64,000 nucleotides of DNA from Methanomassiliicoccaceae archaeon. GTDB taxonomy: Archaea; Thermoplasmatota; Thermoplasmata; Methanomassiliicoccales; Methanomassiliicoccaceae. Position numbers and translations under genes: made by a program. The notes beneath the pieces were generated by a model. It had not been told where the DNA came from. It saw nothing but the letters and a program-made list of their open reading frames with translations, and did no database searches. This document shows, piece by piece, positions 59,252 through 64,000 of the stretch. Position 1 is the first letter of the stretch. Each line of letters opens with the position of its first letter. The stretch lies in contig JAXGZN010000001.1 in the NCBI GenBank assembly GCA_040776945.1, forward strand, positions 224,001 to 288,000, given 5' to 3'.

Positions 59252-60469
59252 TTGTTAAAAGGAACGAAGAACTTCCTCTCTCACAACAGATCGGTCTTCA
59301 CCCTTGGCCTGGTCGCGTTGATGGTATCCTCGCTCGGCGACCTTCTGGCCGGAGCCACCCTAGGCTCCATGACCCATGCCTTGGAGATGCTGCCGGGCCT
59401 GATGGTCCTTATCACTCCCGCCATCGGCATGAGGGGGAACGTCTTCGGAGCCCTGGGCAGCCGGTTGGGAACGGCAATGCACATAGGCATATTCGAGATG
59501 TCGGTCCAGAAAGGCACCATACTTAGATCGAACATGGAGTCGTCCCTACTCCTGACCCTGGTCATGTCGGTGATCATGGGCATCTTGGCAACCATTGTGG
59601 CCACCGCCCTGGGGGCCCATGACATACGATTGGAAATGTTGATATTCATCTCTGTTCTCGGAGGTATGCTCGCCGGGGTCGTCCTGATATTCATCAATAT
59701 TCTGGTTGCCTATGTTGGGTTCAAGCGCAACTGGGACATCGATAACATCTCCGCCCCGCTGATAACCGCGGCAGGGGACATCGTAACCCTTCCCATGCTG
59801 TTCCTGGCAGCCATAATTGTGCTGAGCTCTCCTGGCATCTTGATCGAGGTCTTCGCTGCGCTGTTCGTCATCATAACCGTCGTTCTGACCTATCGGACCC
59901 TGGTGAACGGCTCGGGCGAGTCCCGACGGATCTTCGTCCATAGCAGTCCCGTGCTGGTCATATGCATATTGTTGGACATCGCAGCGGGTGTGACCTTGGA
60001 CCGGCAGCTGGAGAGCCTAGTGGCCCTGCCGGCCCTCCTTGTCCTCATCCCTCCGTTCCTTGAGGACGCCAACGCCTTGGGCGGGATACTTACCTCAAGG
60101 TTCTCCTCCCTCCTGCACATGGGTATCCTGGAGCCGAAGAAGCTGCCGAACAAGGTGGCCTGGGAGAACTTTGCCATCATCTACCTGTTCTCTCTGTGGG
60201 TGTTCACCCTGGTTGGGATATCCACATATGCCGTGGCGCTCCTCCTGAAGCTTGGCACGCCTCCCCTGTGGGAGACCGTTCTGCTTTCCCTCACCGCCGG
60301 CCTGGTCACGGTGACGGTGCTTAACTTCCTCTCGTATTACGTGTCGGTGTTCACCTACAGGATGAGATTGGACCCTGACGACCATTCCATCCCCCTGACC
60401 TCATCGGCGATAGATTCGGTCGGGGCCATAGCGCTCATGGGATTCATCGTCGTGTTCGGGCTGGCCTAG
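59252..60469 (+). CDS. MgtE/SLC41-type divalent cation transporter (duplicated MgtE domains)
   Basis: PAIGMRGNV..LGSRL, DIDNISAPLITAAGD, LDPDDHSIPLTSSAID. Confidence 0.9.
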   Translation: MLKGTKNFLSHNRSVFTLGLVALMVSSLGDLLAGATLGSMTHALEMLPGLMVLITPAIGMRGNVFGALGSRLGTAMHIGIFEMSVQKGTILRSNMESSLLLTLVMSVIMGILATIVATALGAHDIRLEMLIFISVLGGMLAGVVLIFINILVAYVGFKRNWDIDNISAPLITAAGDIVTLPMLFLAAIIVLSSPGILIEVFAALFVIITVVLTYRTLVNGSGESRRIFVHSSPVLVICILLDIAAGVTLDRQLESLVALPALLVLIPPFLEDANALGGILTSRFSSLLHMGILEPKKLPNKVAWENFAIIYLFSLWVFTLVGISTYAVALLLKLGTPPLWETVLLSLTAGLVTVTVLNFLSYYVSVFTYRMRLDPDDHSIPLTSSAIDSVGAIALMGFIVVFGLA

Positions 60470-60552
60470 GGCCATGGGCGCTATCTTCGAGCTCGAAGGC
60501 GGGAAAAGCTCGACAAGCTTATACGCTCCGCTCCGTTCCAGTTATCAAGTGC

Positions 60553-61716
60553 TTGTCCATGATTGAACGTGACGCTATCTTCGAGCTTCTTGACGATTAT
60601 GATCTGAGCGACGCTAAGGTCGGGGTGATCGGTTCCCACTCCGCGCTTGACACCTGCGACGGCGCGGTTGAGGAGGGCCTGCGAACCTTGGCGATATGTC
60701 AGGATGGGAGAGATGCCCCCTATTCCAGGTACTTCAAGGCCTTCCGGGACGAGGACGGCGTTGTATATCGGGGCATGGTCGATGAGGTGATGCTCCTCCC
60801 TAAGTTCCGCGATGTCATCAAGCCCCAGGTCATGGCCGATCTTCGTAAGCGCAACGTGCTCTTCGTCCCCAATCGCTCGTTCACCTCTTATTGCTCCATC
60901 GACTCGGTGGAGAACGAGTTCATGGTGCCCCTGATAGGCTCCCGGAACCTCCTGCGAAGCGAGGACCGGGGCGGGCCGAGGGACTACTACTGGTTGCTGG
61001 AAAAGGCCGGACTTCCGTACCCTCGCAGGATCAGCGAACCCGAGGACATCGATTCACTGAGCATAGTGAAGCTTCATCATGCGAAGAAGAAGCTGGAGCG
61101 CGGTTTCTTCACCTGTGCCTCGTTCCGCGAGTATAAGGAGAAATCTGAGCAGCTCATCCGGCAAGGCGTTATCGACCGGGAGTGCCTTGATACCGCCAGG
61201 ATGGAGGAGTACATCATCGGGCCGGTGTTCAACCTGGACTTCTTCTATTCGCCTCTGGAAAGGCAGGGTGAGAGGGTAGAGCTCATCGGAGTGGACTGGA
61301 GGTTCGAAAGCTCTCTGGACGGCCATGTCCGCATTCCCGCCCCACAGCAGCTAACGCTGACCGATGATCAGAAGGTCCCCGAGTACACCGTCTGTGGCCA
61401 TAACTCAGCTACACTTCGCGAGTCGTTGCTGGAAAGCGCCTTCGAGCTTGCCGAGAGATACGTCAAGGCGGCACAGGAGCACTTCTCTCCAGGGATCATC
61501 GGGCCGTTCTGCCTGCAGACCTGCGTGGACAAGGACCTCAAGTTCTACATCTATGATGTGGCGCCGCGCATCGGCGGCGGGACGAACGTCCACATGAACG
61601 TCGGCCACGCCTATGGCAACTCGCTGTGGCGTAAGAACATGTCCACAGGGCGCCGCCTGGCAATGGAGGTGCGACGCGCATTGGAGGAGGACCGGCTTAA
61701 GGAGATCGTGACCTGA
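60553..61716 (+). CDS. purP: PurP-family ATP-grasp ligase (DUF1246/DUF1297)
   Basis: IGSHSALD.CDGAVEEG, PNRSF, LRESLL, GPFCLQ, DVAPRIGGGTN, MSTGRR. Confidence 0.88.
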   Translation: MSMIERDAIFELLDDYDLSDAKVGVIGSHSALDTCDGAVEEGLRTLAICQDGRDAPYSRYFKAFRDEDGVVYRGMVDEVMLLPKFRDVIKPQVMADLRKRNVLFVPNRSFTSYCSIDSVENEFMVPLIGSRNLLRSEDRGGPRDYYWLLEKAGLPYPRRISEPEDIDSLSIVKLHHAKKKLERGFFTCASFREYKEKSEQLIRQGVIDRECLDTARMEEYIIGPVFNLDFFYSPLERQGERVELIGVDWRFESSLDGHVRIPAPQQLTLTDDQKVPEYTVCGHNSATLRESLLESAFELAERYVKAAQEHFSPGIIGPFCLQTCVDKDLKFYIYDVAPRIGGGTNVHMNVGHAYGNSLWRKNMSTGRRLAMEVRRALEEDRLKEIVT

Positions 61717-61726
61717 GGCCCCCATA

Positions 61727-62452
61727 ATGAGATGGCGGTTCGTGGACTCCGGCCTCGTCGCGCCGACCATGGCCTCGGCCATCGATGAGGCCATCCTTGA
61801 GTCGAGAGAACAGGGATCGGTCCCAGATACTTTCCACCTTTACCGCAGGAACGCTCCCGCGATCTCATTAGGACGCTTCGACAAGATAGGCACAAGCGTG
61901 GACCGGGAGGCTGCGGCCAGGCTCGGGGTGTCCCTGGTCCGCCGGATGTCGGGAGGGACCGCGATATATACCGACCCGGGCCACCTGGTATATTCCGTTG
62001 CGGTCGCCCGCGAGTCCATGCCCGATAGCCCCCCGGATGTTTTCCGCATCATCTGTCGAGGTGTGGTCCTTGCCTTGCAGGAGCTTGGCATCGAGGCCGT
62101 GTTCAGGCCGGTGAACGATGTGCTGGTAGGCGACAGGAAGATCTCGGGGAGCGCTCAGGTTCGCAGAAGAGAAGCGTTGCTGCAGCACGGCACCTTGATG
62201 GTTCGCACCGATTACGAGCGTATGTTCGCAGCGCTGCGGGGCAAGCGCCCTCGGAACGGCCTGACCTCGCTGGCAGAGGAGATGGAGGATGTCCCCTCCA
62301 TGGAGATCATCAAGAAGGCTATGGAAAGGGGCTTCTCCCAGGCCCTGGATGCTGACATGGTCAGGGATGGGCTTTCCGCGGCAGAGGTGGAGAGAGCGGA
62401 ACGGCTGGTGCGGACCATCTACGGCCGGGACGAGCACACATTCATCTACTGA
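61727..62452 (+). CDS. Lipoate-protein ligase A family
   Basis: RRMSGGTAIY.D, ND...RKISGSAQ, LLQHGTL. Confidence 0.92.
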   Translation: MRWRFVDSGLVAPTMASAIDEAILESREQGSVPDTFHLYRRNAPAISLGRFDKIGTSVDREAAARLGVSLVRRMSGGTAIYTDPGHLVYSVAVARESMPDSPPDVFRIICRGVVLALQELGIEAVFRPVNDVLVGDRKISGSAQVRRREALLQHGTLMVRTDYERMFAALRGKRPRNGLTSLAEEMEDVPSMEIIKKAMERGFSQALDADMVRDGLSAAEVERAERLVRTIYGRDEHTFIY

Positions 62453-62940
62453 ATGGGCTTGCTGAGGTCCAGATAGGCGATCTTGCGGTCCTCGGCCATG
62501 AATCCCAGCTTCTTATGGAGGAGCAGGGAGCTGATGTTGTCCGGCGCTATCGATGAGTGAAGGACCTGAGCGCCGAGCTTCTGTCCCTCTTGCGCGAGCC
62601 GCCTGAGCAACATGTAACCGACACCCATGCGGCGGTACTCAGGGTCCACGCCGATGTTCTCAAGCCACACGGCCTTCTCGATCCCGTCGATCCAGGGGAC
62701 CATCTGGGCGAACACAAAGCCCACCACTTGGTCTCCCTCCTTGGCCACAAAGCTCAGGCCAGAGCCCTTATAGTGGGCGAACGAACCGCTGGCCGACGCT
62801 CCGAGCTTCTGCCGGGTCTCTTGGTCGAACTCGTCCCAGCTACGCTTCATCGGTCCCTCGATATATTCGCGGATGCATGCCAGCTCCAGCATGCGTACGG
62901 AAACGCGGTCCTCGTCGGATAACGGGACGATCTTCATCAC
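62446..62940 (-). CDS. GNAT acetyltransferase
   Basis: IGVDPEYRRMGVG, N..SLLLHKKLGF. Confidence 0.9.
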   Translation of the reverse strand: MMKIVPLSDEDRVSVRMLELACIREYIEGPMKRSWDEFDQETRQKLGASASGSFAHYKGSGLSFVAKEGDQVVGFVFAQMVPWIDGIEKAVWLENIGVDPEYRRMGVGYMLLRRLAQEGQKLGAQVLHSSIAPDNISSLLLHKKLGFMAEDRKIAYLDLSKPIQ

Positions 62941-64000
62941 ATCTCCTCCGGGGCGCTAAGGCCTAGTGTTGTGAGGACATTGGCCAGCACGATGCGGGTG
63001 GCATCGACGAGCGCAAGCCGGGCCTCGCGGCTTTCCTCCCCCTTGAGCACCGGAACATAGGTATAGAACTGGTTGAACGCCGCGGCGACCTCATGCCCAT
63101 AGGCCGGGAGCGCCTGGATGCGCTGCTTCTCTCCGGACTCGCGGACCACCGATGGATATCTGGCCAGAACCCGGATCAGCTTGAGCTCGTACTCGTTGGT
63201 GAGGACAGACGGGTCGATCTCTCCCCTCGCTGCCCCGGCCTTGCGCTGTATGCTGCAGGCGCGGGCGTGAGCGTACTGCACGAAGGGGGCCGAGTTGCCC
63301 TCGAAGTTAAGAGCGTCCTCCCACTTGAACACCAATGGCTTTTCCGGCTGCACTCGTACGATGTTGTAGCGGACCGCCCCGCGTCCGATGGCCCGGGCGA
63401 TCTCCAACATCCTATCCCCTGGCAGGTCAGTCCGCCTCTTGCGGACCTCTTCCAGGGCCCGCTCCTCCGCCTCCTCGATCAGATCGTCTAGGTAGACCAC
63501 CGTGCCCTTGCGGGTGGACATGCGGCCTTCGGGCAGGGAGACGAAGGAGTAGAAAACGCACTCCGGCACCCGCTCCTGTCCCAGCAGCCTGAGCGCTATC
63601 GCCAGCTGTGCCTGCCCCAGCTTCTGGTCCTCGCCCAAGATGTTGATCGTTCGGTCCGCCCGGCTGAACTTGTCCAGATGATACGCCATATCCCTGGTGG
63701 TGTACAGCGTGGTGCCGTCGGCCCGGGTGAAGAAGAACCTTGTTTCCTTTCCATGGATGCCGAACGGCTTCAGCTCCAGGTAGCACGCTCCCTGGTCCTG
63801 GCCACAGTGCTCAGAGCGCGTCAGCCGTTCGACCACGGTGCGGGCGGAGCCGTCCTCGATGAACCCAGACTCCCAGGTGAACTGGTCTATCACTACGTTG
63901 ATCGAGGCCAGGCTTTCGATGATGCCCTCAAGCATTAGCTTGGCGGTCCTGCGGACCTTGGCCATGACCTCCTTGTCGCCGTCCTCGAATCGACGGAGCA
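62937..64000 (-). CDS. argS: Arginyl-tRNA synthetase (C-terminal part; runs off the right edge)
   Basis: RADGTTLYTTRDMAYH, MSTRKG, FEGNSAPFVQYAHARACSI, DALR anticodon domain. Confidence 0.96.
   Translation of the reverse strand, partial: LRRFEDGDKEVMAKVRRTAKLMLEGIIESLASINVVIDQFTWESGFIEDGSARTVVERLTRSEHCGQDQGACYLELKPFGIHGKETRFFFTRADGTTLYTTRDMAYHLDKFSRADRTINILGEDQKLGQAQLAIALRLLGQERVPECVFYSFVSLPEGRMSTRKGTVVYLDDLIEEAEERALEEVRKRRTDLPGDRMLEIARAIGRGAVRYNIVRVQPEKPLVFKWEDALNFEGNSAPFVQYAHARACSIQRKAGAARGEIDPSVLTNEYELKLIRVLARYPSVVRESGEKQRIQALPAYGHEVAAAFNQFYTYVPVLKGEESREARLALVDATRIVLANVLTTLGLSAPEEM

Noticed and set aside
1-64000. CRISPR array, cas genes, rRNA, SRP or RNase P RNA
   Set aside because: No spaced direct repeats or recognisable signature sequences were seen; the only repeats found are coding duplications

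Overview
GC-rich archaeal chromosome segment, most likely Methanomassiliicoccales (Thermoplasmatota). This rests on hdrBC, an MtaA/CmuA-family methyltransferase, eS1/eL37/eL41/Lsm, PurP-like and DUF835 genes, and archaeal tRNAs with BHB introns. About 65 CDS, 7 tRNAs, a degraded IS5-like transposase and several pseudogenes are present; no CRISPR array, rRNA or integrase was seen. Housekeeping blocks (nadE, hom, cimA, purF, pyrC, rps3ae, hdrBC, adk, argS) alternate with accessory tracts that lie next to tRNA 3' ends. The most notable observations are: (1) a tRNA-Arg(UCU) with two 21-nt introns (37/38 and non-canonical T-loop 59/60, both perfect bulge-helix-bulge), co-oriented with eL41 and a tRNA-Trp whose intron is a C/D guide RNA; (2) a Rab-like small GTPase coupled to a V4R+DUF835 protein; (3) a transglutaminase-like gene interrupted by a single in-frame amber codon, plus in-frame TAG-ATG gene junctions; (4) a Gln-rich ORF broken only by TAA/TAG codons; (5) an orphan 514-aa protein coupled to a NYN nuclease; (6) a histone-H1-like Lys/Ala/Pro protein; (7) several structured intergenic RNA candidates. 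All calls come from reading motifs by eye; no searches were run.
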